DNA from: Octopus sinensis
Lineage: Eukaryota
Assembly (NCBI RefSeq): GCF_006345805.1
Contig: NC_042998.1
Span: 40,982,001 to 41,046,000 of the forward strand
DNA length: 64,000 nucleotides
Direction of reading: 5' to 3'
Both the position numbers and the translations under genes were made by a program. Under the pieces are notes generated by a model. The model was given only the letters and a program-made list of their open reading frames with translations. It was not told the DNA's origin and made no database searches. Of the stretch, positions 41,450 through 51,088 are shown piece after piece (the first letter of the stretch is position 1; each line of letters begins with the position of its first letter).

Positions 41450-41629
41450 GCCATTGAAAAAGAAATGGAAGTACAAGTACGGTCTTTTGATGAACTATAT
41501 GAGTGTGGTCAGCAAATTGTCCAGAATCTAGAGGATAAAGAAGCTGTTCAACGTATAAGTGCTGAACTTGAAGATGTACAAGAGCGATGGGAAAATCTGG
41601 TTCAGAATATGGGAACACAGAGCCAAGAG
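41450..41629 (+). CDS. DMD: Dystrophin exon (spectrin repeat 3)
   Basis: ctttag| ... |gtaaca; AIEKEMEVQVRSFDELYECGQQIV...ERWENLVQNMGTQSQE; 180 nt. Confidence 0.95.
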
Positions 41630-41974
41630 GTAACATCAAAATTATATAAATTTTACTTTTTACTTTTTAATTCTAAGCTAATATTAGATGTTTATAAATT
41701 ATGAAGATATTTGTTAAATATTGAAATGAATTAAAACGTTTCCATTACAAAATACTCTATAAAGTCCTAGAAATTTAAGATTACTAATTTTGAAATCATT
41801 TGAGTGGCAGTTTTTGAAATTTGTTTAGCCATTTTGTCAGTCATTTCTCTAATTTTTTTCCCTGCTGCAAATTATTTATGAATAGCTTTTGTTTGTTTGA
41901 TTTTACTAAGAAATTTATTACTATTTGTTAATACTTTAATAGGAAAATTTTAAATATAATTAATTTGATTTCAG

Positions 41975-42286
41975 ATTGCCGGGTCTGGAGTTGAACTTAG
42001 TAAAATAACAGATCTTGAGGAGATTCTTGCTGAAGAGAAAGTTCGAGAGACTAAGTCTGAACCAACAACTTCACCTGATGTGGTGAAAAAGCGCAAAACT
42101 GATACAGCTTTACGGTTAGAATTTGAAATAGACATGAAAAAAATGAAAGATTGGTTTGAGAAGACAGAATCAACATTAGCATTGCTATCTGTTGATGATG
42201 ATGATGATGACGATGATGATGATGATGATCCTTTCCTTGCTTCTCAAGAAGAGTTTTCTGAAGAGGAGCAATTTGTTTTAATTCAG
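41975..42286 (+). CDS. DMD: Dystrophin exon (hinge 2, spectrin repeat 4 start, poly-Asp)
   Basis: tttcag| ... |gtaatt; 104 open codons incl. VVKKRKTD..RLEFEIDMKKMKDWFEKTES and D12. Confidence 0.9.
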
Positions 42287-42959
42287 GTAATTTCTTTGAA
42301 ATCTTAAATTCTACATCTCTGATTCTATTAACAGTTACTATTTCTAAAAAAAAGTTTATAACATGTGGTTAAGATGCTAAATCTTACATCTATAGCATCT
42401 GACTATACTTCTGACCAAAAACACATTGTATAGTCTATACTTATTTTATAGTTGAATAATTAGGGATAGGCAGGGCATTCAGATTATAGCACTGTTTATT
42501 CTATTTCAACAATTTGGACAAGCCTCCTAGTAGGCAAGGAGGGGGTTATCATGACTCTACAGTGCACTAACAATACTCTTTCACTTTCGTAGAGGTCCCA
42601 AAATAAATAACTAAATAATGAAGCTATTTCTACTGAACAGTTATCCTTTATCTTGGTTCTAGTCCAACCTAGACTCCTCTCTCATACCATTTCTTACATA
42701 TAAATCCACATGGTCTAATCTCTCCAAGACACAAATATTTTATTCTCCCACATTCTAAATCACTGCCAGTCCTTTTGGTCCCCTGTTAAACGTGCTCTCT
42801 ACCAACTTCTTGACATCTTTACCACCTCTGTTCTCACATAGAAAACCTCCCCATTTGCTCACACCACTTTACTTCCAACTCCATATTGTACAAACTAGAT
42901 GAAACTCTTCCAAAACTATCCCTTTTCACTCCATTAGGCTCAAACTATATACACATATA

Positions 42960-43260
42960 TGCTAAGTGTGAAAGCACTTCTGGTTGCTTCAAAAGTACAA
43001 GTCACTGGCCCTGACAATCTCCCTTCCAATACCCTCAAACAATGTTTTCAAGAAGTAGCTTTTATCATTGCCAACATCTTCAATCTTTCTCCACTCCATT
43101 TATCTTTTTTTTTTATCTCTTAAGTTGGCGATTTCCTATCACATCTTCACAGTTATGTACTGATGTAGTTTTGTTCTGACTTACACTATCAATTCTGGTT
43201 TGCTCCAAAATTTAGTTTTGTTCACCTTTCACTTCCTCTTATTCATCAATGACCTACTTC
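42960..43260 (+). pseudogene. CR1-like RT remnant
   Basis: TGPDNL..LKQCFQEVAFIIANIFNL and INSGLLQNLVLFTFHFLLFINDL. Confidence 0.6.
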
Positions 43261-43784
43261 TTATCATCTGCTACAATGTCCACTCTTTACTTTCTGCACC
43301 TGTTGTATTTAATATTTTAAATAATTTATTTCTCGTTCTAAGTTTGAGTTTCACAACAAAATTTGTGCAATTTCTCTTTGCAGAATCATGTTGAATCATT
43401 TCTGATCAGTATATTAATAGTAATTATAAAATTCTAAAATGGTTTGATAACAGTTTGCTTTTGATTTATGAAGGAATCTCTTTTCTTATAAATGTTTTCT
43501 GTTAAAACTTAGAAACCAGGGAACAATTTCACTGAGAATTATTCTCTAAAACTTATAAGGTATTCTCATAAATCACTTTTTACCATTAATTCATGTAATA
43601 ATTAATAATTGCACTGCTTAAAATTTTTAAGTTATCACTTATTTCATTATAAGCTTCTTTCAATAACTTTACCAGTTGATTTTTAAAGATCAAATCTACC
43701 CCATTTGGTTTTGTATTGTGTAAAAGTTTCAGTCAACTGATCTTATTGCACTCCTAGAGTTTTGCATATGTTTGTTGTCAATTC

Positions 43785-44070
43785 CTTCTCGAGCCATACC
43801 TGGCTCATAAGGGCTGGTTTCCCAGTTTCCTTGACGTATAGGTTCCCCCACCTGAACGGGACGCTGGTCCGTCGCAGGTAAGCTGCAAGATGCAGGAGGA
43901 AAGAGCGAGGGAAAGTTGTGGCAAAAGAGTCAGCAGAGGTTCGTCATTACCTTCTGCCAGAGCCACGTGGAGCTTAGGTGTTTTGCTCATAAACACACAC
44001 ATCGCCCGATCTGAGATTCGAGCCCGCGATCCCTTGACCTCGAGTCTGCTGCTCTAACCACTAGGCCATG
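43785..44070 (-). mobile_element. Young GC-rich tRNA-derived SINE with V-domain-like segment
   Basis: Minus strand tggcctagtggttagagc (box A), ggctcgaatc (box B), gcgacggaccagcgtcccgttcagg; CpGs retained. Confidence 0.8.
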
Positions 44071-44225
44071 GATTGCATGGACTATCTCTCAGTTGACTGA
44101 AATATTTCAACCAATTATATTTTACATGTGAGACCCTGCCTAAAAAGTTTATATTTCCTTTAAAATTTGAAAAAAAAAGAAAGGAAAAAGAACATTTTGT
44201 CTTATAGGACTCTTTCTTTTGACAG

Positions 44226-44313
44226 GATACAAAAAATGACGTGAAAACTCACCATGATAAAGTATCTTCACTCTTGGAAACTGGGAAAAAATTAATTGAA
44301 GAATTAAAATTTG
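44226..44313 (+). CDS. DMD: Dystrophin exon (spectrin repeat 4)
   Basis: ttttgacag| ... |gtaagt; DTKNDVKTHHDKVSSLLETGKKLIEELKF; 88 nt, bridges the phase 0 to phase 1 gap between flanking exons. Confidence 0.9.
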
Positions 44314-44324
44314 GTAAGTTTATA

Positions 44325-45815
44325 TATTCCCTCATTACCCTGTCTAGCTCAAACATTTTTTTTTTTTTTCGTTTAGACTTGTCTCCAGGTTCATAGCCAC
44401 TCTGATTTTTCAATTTTTCAATTTTTCGTTTAGTATTGTCTCCCGATTCATACAAACCCATTTGCTAGCTCACGATTAACAGAACCTCTTTACTCAGCTA
44501 CGGTGTTATATTAGCTATCAATAATGATATTCCCTCTGATTTTTCTGATTTTCAAACCTATTTATCTAATGTTTATTTATCGACAATGCCGTCCCCAGTC
44601 AAATTCCCTCACCCGCTTATTGTCACGTGTCCCTTGACCTCTCTCTCTAACTAACCGTATCTCTCTCTCGCTATGTCCCCCCTTCCCATAACCATCATCG
44701 CCATGGTCCTCTATGCCCCCCCCTCCCCAAAACCATCATCGCCATACAAAAAAGAGCCATCGCATTTATCGTTAACCCCACTCGCTTCAAAATATCTAAA
44801 GAATACGCACAGATCATGAATGGCTAAAAGTTAAGTGAATCGTCCAACCTCGCTACGACTACCTTCTTTCTTGCACTTATCCTTATTCTTTCTCTATTCT
44901 TCAATTTCCATCTCATTGTATTGTCACTCATTCTTTCAGTATTCCCTCATTACCCTGTCTAGCTCAAACATTTTTTTTTTTTTTTTTCGTTTAGACTTGT
45001 CTCCAGGTTCATAGCCACTCTGATTTTTCAATTTTTTTCAATTTTTTCAATTTTTCAATTTTTCAATTTTTCAATTTTTTCAATTTTTCAATTTTTCAAT
45101 TTTTCAATTTTTCAATTTTTCGTTTAGTATTGTCTCCCGATTCATACAAACCCATTTGCTAGCTCACGATTAACAGAACCTCTTTACTCAGCTACGGTGT
45201 TATATTAGCTATCAATAATGATATTCCCTCTGATTTTTCTGATTTTCAAACCTATTTATCTAATGTTTATTTATCGACAATGCCGTCCCCAGTCAAATTC
45301 CCTCACACCGCTTATTGTCACGTGTCCCTTGACCTCTCTCTCTAACTAACCGTATCTCTCTCTCGCTATGTCCCCCCTTCCCATAACCATCATCGCCATG
45401 GTCCTCTATGCCCCCCCCCCTCCCCAAAACCATCATCGCCATACATAAAAGAGCCATCGCATTTATCGTTAACCCCACTCGCTTCAAAATATCTAAAGAA
45501 TACGCACAGATCATGAATGGCTAAAAGTTAAGTGAATCGTCCAACCTCGCTACGACTACCTTCTTTCTTGCACTTATCCTTATTCTTTCTCTATTCTTCA
45601 ATTTCCATCACATTGTATTGTCACTCATTCTTTCAGTATTCCCTCATTACCCTGTCTAGCTCAAACATTTTTTTTTTTTCGTTTAGACTTGTCTCCAGGT
45701 TCATAGCCACTCTGATTTTTCAATTTTTCAATTTTTCGTTTAGTATTGTCTCCCGATTCATACAAACCCATTTGCTAGCTCACGATTAACAGAACCTCTT
45801 TACTCAGCTACGGTG
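44325..45815 (+). repeat. Tandem direct repeat: 615-nt, 697-nt and partial 179-nt monomers
   Basis: tattccctcattaccctgtctagctc recurs at 44325, 44940 and 45637 with near-identical following sequence. Confidence 0.95.
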
Positions 45816-45987
45816 CACCCGCCCTCCCACCCCCACCACGCATGCCGGAAGTTCCTATTCTCTTCCATTCCGGGGTTGCTTCCCATGAAGACTGCAAATG
45901 CTCTCACCATCCATACCCCTCCCTACCCCTAGTCTCGACCTATGTAAGGTAATGTTCATACAGTGCAAAATATGAAAGGCTAGCGTT

Positions 45988-48900
45988 ATGCAGGTTGTAC
46001 TGAAGGCTACTTTACTACTTCATTTCTTGCACATGAATTCTGCCAAATGCGAGCTTTCTTTTCAGGTACACGAAGCTACTGTCCACCGTCCCAGGGTCTC
46101 TAGAGCCCATGCCTTCCACACCCTCAGGGTTGGCACCCTCAACGTTGGCACTCTGAAAGGTAGGTCTGGTGAGATAGTCGAGATGCTTGAACGGAGATGT
46201 GTGGATATATGTTGCATGCAAGAAATAAGGTGGAGAGGAGGATCAGCTAGGTTCCTCACAGGCAAGGAACGCAGGTACAAGATTTTCTGGGCAGGGAACA
46301 CTGACGGGGTTGGTGGCGTGGGTATACTTATCGCTGAGAAATGGGTAGATAAAGTAATTGAGGTAATCAGAGTAAGTGACAGAATACTTAAGATTAGATT
46401 AGTGCTTCATCATAGTTTAGCAACCATTATATCAGCCTATGCTCCTCAGTTGGGGCTACCCGATGGACAGAAAGACCGATTCTATGACACTCTACTGCAG
46501 ACTACCTCATTGACGAACGACAGAGACCTTATCTTTGTGGCTGGTGACTTCAATGGTCACGTTGGACGACATGCTGGGGGCTTCCATGGCGTACATGGAG
46601 GCTATGGCTATGGCTCCCGCAACGAGGAGGGAACCAGGCTGCTGGAGTTCTGCGATGCAAATAATCTTATGATTTGCAACACTAACTTCAGGAAACCTAC
46701 CAGCCACCTAGTCACTTACCAATCGGGCCAACATACCAGCCAAATTGACTGCATCCTTACAAGGCAAAGGGAGAGATGGCTGCTTATAAATGCCAAAACC
46801 TTCCCAGGTGAAGAATGTACCCCACAACATAGACTGGTAGTTAGTGACTTTAGGATCAGGACTAGGAGGACAACCAGAAGACGACAAATATGGAGAAGAA
46901 GGATCTGGAAGCTTAAAGATCCTGCAAATGGACAGAGATTTAGGGACATATTACTTGAAGCCTCTGACGAAGTAGAAGGGGATAGAGCATCACAGGGGGT
47001 AGAAGACAGCTGGACGTTTCTAAGGGACAACCTGCTGAGAGCCACTGACCAGATCTGTGGCTGGTGCAAAGTCCCCTCTCGACCTAGAATAACGTGGTGG
47101 TGGAACAATATTGTAGACAGGGCTATTAGAGAAAAGAGACAGGCTTGGAAGGTCTGGAAAAATGGGGGTAGCAGGGAATTGTATCAGACTGCCAAAAGAG
47201 AAGCTAGGAGACAGGTTTATTTAGCCAGAGGGGAAGCAGATAAGAAAAAATTTGCCAATGTTCTGCGCCGTGAGGACCAAAGACTGGAGGTGTTTCGTGT
47301 TGCAAGACAGTGTTTGAGAGAGAATCGTGATGTGGTAGGAGAGAAGTGTGTTCGCATGGAAGATGGTTCACTTGCGCTAAATGAGGATGCGAAGAGAGAG
47401 GTTTGGAGATGCCACTATGAAAGGTTGCTGAATGAAGAAAATGAATGGGATAAAGAGAGTCTGCCGAATGTTGACCCAACAGAGGGACCAGCTATCCGAG
47501 TTGATAGTTCTGTGGTAGCTAAGGCAATTAGAAGCATGAAGACAGGGAAAGCCCCAGGCCCATCAGGAATCACTGCAGAGATGCTCAAAATGTCTGGTAG
47601 TGTCGGCTATAGCCTAGTCACCCATATAGTTAATCAGGTGATACACAAAGGGGTCATACCCAATGACTGGTGTAGCAGTATAATAGTCAACTGCTACAAA
47701 GGTAAAGGTGATGCCCTAGATACAAATAACTACAGAGGTATCAAGCTGTTGGACCAGGTGATGAAGGTTACGGAGAGGGTCATAGCCCAACTAATTAGAG
47801 AGAGAGTTAGTTTAGATGAGATGCAGTTTGGGTTTGTGCCAGGGAAAAGTACTACTGATGCTATATTCCTGGTAAGGCAGCTGCAGGAGAAATACCTAGC
47901 CAAAGATAAGCCCCTGTACCTGGCTTTTGTTGACATGGAGAAAGCCTTCGACAGGGTCCCCCGATCCCTTATCTGGTGGGCAATGAGAAAACTAGGGATA
48001 GATGAATGGTTAGTGAGAGCTGTGCGGGCCATGTATAGGGACGCCGCTAGTAGGGTGAGGGTTGGAAATGAGTACAGTGAAGAATTCCGGGTAGAGGTAG
48101 GGGTCCACCAAGGCTCAGTACTCAGCCCCCTCCTATTTATCATAGTCCTCCAGGCAATAACGGAGGAATTCAAGACAGGATGCCCTTGGGAGCTCCTCTA
48201 TGCTGATGACCTTGCTCTAATTGCTGAGTCGCTATCAGAACTGGAGGAGAAGTTTCAGGTGTGGAAACAAGGATTAGAATCGAAGGGCCTCAGAGTCAAT
48301 CTAGCTAAAACCAAAGTCGTAATCAGTAGGAAGGTAGACAAATCACAAACACCTTCAGGTAGATGGCCCTGCTCGATCTGTAGAAAAGGTGTAGGTAGAA
48401 ACTCTATAAGATGCACCAAGTGTAAGCTATGGACACATAAGAGATGCAGCAATGTCAAAGGAAGGCTAACTAGGAAGATGGTTTTTGTATGTGGCAGATG
48501 CTCAGGAACAATAAACACTGAAAATGCTCTGAGACCAACTTCCGTCACTTTCCAGGGAGAAAAACTAGAAATAGTTGATAGTTTCCGTTACCTAGGTGAC
48601 CAAGTCAGCAGCGGGGGTGGGTGTGCTGAAAGTGTAACTGCTAGAGTAAGAATAGCTTGGGCAAAGTTCAGAGAGCTCTTACCTCTGCTGGTGACAAAAG
48701 GCCTCTCGCACAGAGTGAAAGGCAGACTGTATGATGCGTGTGTACGAACAGCCATGCTACATGGCAGTGAAACATGGGCCGTGACTGCTGAGGATATGCG
48801 TAAGCTCGCTAGAAATGAAGCCAGTATGCTCCGATGGATGTGTAATGCCGGTACTCACACTCGGCAGAGTGTAAGTACCTTGAGAGAAAAGCTGGACCTA

Positions 48901-49155
48901 AGAAGCATCAGTTGTGGTGTGCAAGAGAGACGTTTGCGCTGGTATGGTCATGTGGCGAGAATGGATGAAGATAGTTGTGTGAAAAAGTGCCACACCCTAG
49001 CGGTTGAGGGAACCTGTGGAAGAGGCAGACCCAGGAAAACCTGGGACGAGGTGGTGAAGCACGACCTTCGAACTTTAGGTCTCACTGAGGAAATGACTAA
49101 AGACCGAGACCTCTGGAAGTGTGCTGTGCGCGAGAAGACCCGGCAGGACAAGTGA
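45988..49155 (+). CDS. LINE ORF2: apurinic-like endonuclease + reverse transcriptase with embedded PHD finger (1055 aa, uninterrupted)
   Basis: APE motifs GTLNVGTL, MQEIRW, SAYAP, GDFNGH, IDCIL, QHRLV; RT motifs YRGIKLL, QFGF, FVDMEKAFDRV, QGSVLSPLLF, YADDL, FRYLG; RTE-type C-terminus LRWYGHVARM..RGRPRKTW. Confidence 0.97.
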   Translation: MQVVLKATLLLHFLHMNSAKCELSFQVHEATVHRPRVSRAHAFHTLRVGTLNVGTLKGRSGEIVEMLERRCVDICCMQEIRWRGGSARFLTGKERRYKIFWAGNTDGVGGVGILIAEKWVDKVIEVIRVSDRILKIRLVLHHSLATIISAYAPQLGLPDGQKDRFYDTLLQTTSLTNDRDLIFVAGDFNGHVGRHAGGFHGVHGGYGYGSRNEEGTRLLEFCDANNLMICNTNFRKPTSHLVTYQSGQHTSQIDCILTRQRERWLLINAKTFPGEECTPQHRLVVSDFRIRTRRTTRRRQIWRRRIWKLKDPANGQRFRDILLEASDEVEGDRASQGVEDSWTFLRDNLLRATDQICGWCKVPSRPRITWWWNNIVDRAIREKRQAWKVWKNGGSRELYQTAKREARRQVYLARGEADKKKFANVLRREDQRLEVFRVARQCLRENRDVVGEKCVRMEDGSLALNEDAKREVWRCHYERLLNEENEWDKESLPNVDPTEGPAIRVDSSVVAKAIRSMKTGKAPGPSGITAEMLKMSGSVGYSLVTHIVNQVIHKGVIPNDWCSSIIVNCYKGKGDALDTNNYRGIKLLDQVMKVTERVIAQLIRERVSLDEMQFGFVPGKSTTDAIFLVRQLQEKYLAKDKPLYLAFVDMEKAFDRVPRSLIWWAMRKLGIDEWLVRAVRAMYRDAASRVRVGNEYSEEFRVEVGVHQGSVLSPLLFIIVLQAITEEFKTGCPWELLYADDLALIAESLSELEEKFQVWKQGLESKGLRVNLAKTKVVISRKVDKSQTPSGRWPCSICRKGVGRNSIRCTKCKLWTHKRCSNVKGRLTRKMVFVCGRCSGTINTENALRPTSVTFQGEKLEIVDSFRYLGDQVSSGGGCAESVTARVRIAWAKFRELLPLLVTKGLSHRVKGRLYDACVRTAMLHGSETWAVTAEDMRKLARNEASMLRWMCNAGTHTRQSVSTLREKLDLRSISCGVQERRLRWYGHVARMDEDSCVKKCHTLAVEGTCGRGRPRKTWDEVVKHDLRTLGLTEEMTKDRDLWKCAVREKTRQDK

Positions 49156-49939
49156 GTCCACAACCCGTGGCCTTCTACATGGGATGGAGCCAGCCTACGT
49201 ATGCATACCTTCCCTTCTTGGGACACAAAACTCTACTTGTGAAGACGTGTTGAGGCAAGTGAGGATCAGAATCGAAATCGATCAATGGAAATTGCGGATG
49301 TGCTACCAGTGCCGGTGGCATGTCGAAACTCTGCTTGTGAAGACCCATTGAGGCAAGTGAGGATCAGAATCGAAATCGATCAATGGAAATCGATCAATGG
49401 AAATTGCAGATGTGTTACCAGTGCCGGTGGCATGTAAGAGAACTTTCCGTTTCGCGACCGTTGCCAGCACCGCCCCGTTTCGTGTCCGTTGCCAGCCTCG
49501 CCTGGCCCTCGTGCCGGTGGCACATAAAAAGCACCATCCGTTCGTGGCCGTTTGCCAGCTCTGTCTGGCACCAGTGCGGGTGGCACGTAAAAAGCACCCA
49601 CTACACTCACGGAGTGGTTGGCGTTAGGAAGGGCATCCAGCCGTAGAAACACTGCCAGATTTGACTGGGCCTGATGAAGCCTTCTGGCTTCACAGACCCC
49701 AGTAGAACCGTCCAACCCATGCTAGCATGGAAAACGGACGCTAAATGATGATGATGATGATGATATATATATAAGAAATATATGTAAACTAATTCTCTTG
49801 TAATGATTGATGTTCAAAGGACCTTCTTAATTTGAGATGAACTGTTTTGCTTGTTTAAATGTTAAAATTTTTATTGCTTTTAAATAAAAATTTGTTCTGA
49901 AGCTAAATTATATTAGCATTTTATTTTTTTTGTTTTAAG

Positions 49940-50181
49940 GGGGTGAAAATTATGACAATATTTCTAAGCTGACACAAGAGCTGGAAGAAAGATGGAAAAT
50001 TATCAATCAGCTTCTGAATGAGACACATAGTAAGGTTTTTCTGGAAATTGAAGCTAAAAAGTTTTATGACGAACTGAATTCACTGAAAGATTTGATGTTG
50101 AATTATGAGAAATGGGCATCTACTGCAGAGAACATTTCAGAAGAAACTATTGAAATCAGTAATCAGTTAGAGCAATGCCGA
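49940..50181 (+). CDS. DMD: Dystrophin exon (spectrin repeats 4-5)
   Basis: ttttaag| ... |gtaagt; ENYDNISKLTQELEERWKIINQLL...EISNQLEQCR; 242 nt, phase 1-0. Confidence 0.93.
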
Positions 50182-50368
50182 GTAAGTTAAACTTTCACTC
50201 TTTACTTTGGGAAAAGATGTTTTAATCACTGTTTCTAACATGGATAATTTTATAACTATTGTTTAAAAATGGAGGGGAACTTCATTTTTATTGATATTGT
50301 GTTTATTCTAAAGAAGTTCATAATAGCTGGATATTAGGGTTTATATATCACAGGTAATAGGCTTATGG

Positions 50369-50597
50369 GTGGCGAGCTGGCAGAAACATTAGCATGCTGG
50401 GCGAAATGCGTAGCCGTATTTCGTCTGCCATTACGTTCTGAGTTCAAATTCTGCCGAGGTCGACTTTGCCTTTCATCCTTTCGGGGTTGATAAATTAAGT
50501 ACCAGTTACGCACTGGGGTCGATGTAATCGACTTAATCCGTTTGTCTGTCCTTGTTTGTCCTCTCTGTGTTTAACCCTTTGTGGGTAGTAAAGAAAT
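50369..50597 (+). mobile_element. Young tRNA-derived SINE with 17-bp TSD
   Basis: Box A tggcagaaac, box B gagttcaaattc, body ttcatcctttcggggttgataaattaagtacc; TSD aggtaataggcttatgg at 50352-50368 and 50598-50614. Confidence 0.9.
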
Positions 50598-51088
50598 AGG
50601 TAATAGGCTTATGGATTTATGGTGATTTTTTTTTTTTTTTTCAACAATCACTTACCAGATCTGTGAATTTGGATTCACAATGCCTAATTTTAGTGATTTC
50701 ATAAACATACATAAATTGTTTAGATTTAGTCCATTTCAAAACAAGCCATTCATATGTTTGGATTCATGGATATTGAAATCCTGAATGGATTGTTAGATTA
50801 TTATAGAAGTATTGACTTTAATGTATTTTTCTATGAAGCAGTCTGTCTCAGAAAGCTCATTACCTCCCAGGTCTTTCACTATGACCAAAAATAACATGTT
50901 AAATTAAATTAAATTGGTTAAATTAAATTAAATTACTTGATTAATAATTAATTAAATATTTCTGCAAGGTGTGCATGCTTGAAAAAAGCATTACTATGCA
51001 ACCAGACAATGCTACATTACTTATATAGTATATATTTTATTTAGTGAAGTTGTATGATTTAAAAAAAATCTTCTGTAATTTGTAAAAG

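Larger units (their letters stand above)
44325..49763 (+). mobile_element. Full-length-like RTE-clade non-LTR retrotransposon (LINE) with 5' tandem monomers and (GAT)n tail
   Basis: Single APE-RT ORF, about 600-nt 3' UTR ending ctaaa(tga)6, tatatat on both flanks; that the 5' monomers belong to the element is inferred from the flank junction. Confidence 0.88.

Noticed and set aside
42194-42229. Poly-Asp tract derived from a LINE (GAT)n tail
   Set aside because: No adjacent LINE 3' sequence or TSD; slippage is sufficient
43990-44070. tRNA-like sequence on the minus strand
   Set aside because: No complete cloverleaf or acceptor stem; continues into a SINE body
44208-44225. Alternative upstream acceptor cttatag|
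   Set aside because: Introduces in-frame TGA (gac tct ttc ttt tga)
45815-45990. Possible HDV-like ribozyme at the LINE 5' end, as known for some RTE elements
   Set aside because: Only a ccggaa/ttccgg hairpin is visible; I could not build the nested double pseudoknot by eye
49671-49700. ctgatgaagcc..ggct in the LINE 3' UTR resembling a hammerhead core
   Set aside because: No GAAA follows stem II; the bases are used in a simple long hairpin
46015-49715. Multiple antisense and alternate-frame ORFs over the LINE
   Set aside because: Shadow ORFs of a long GC-richer coding sequence with no independent motifs
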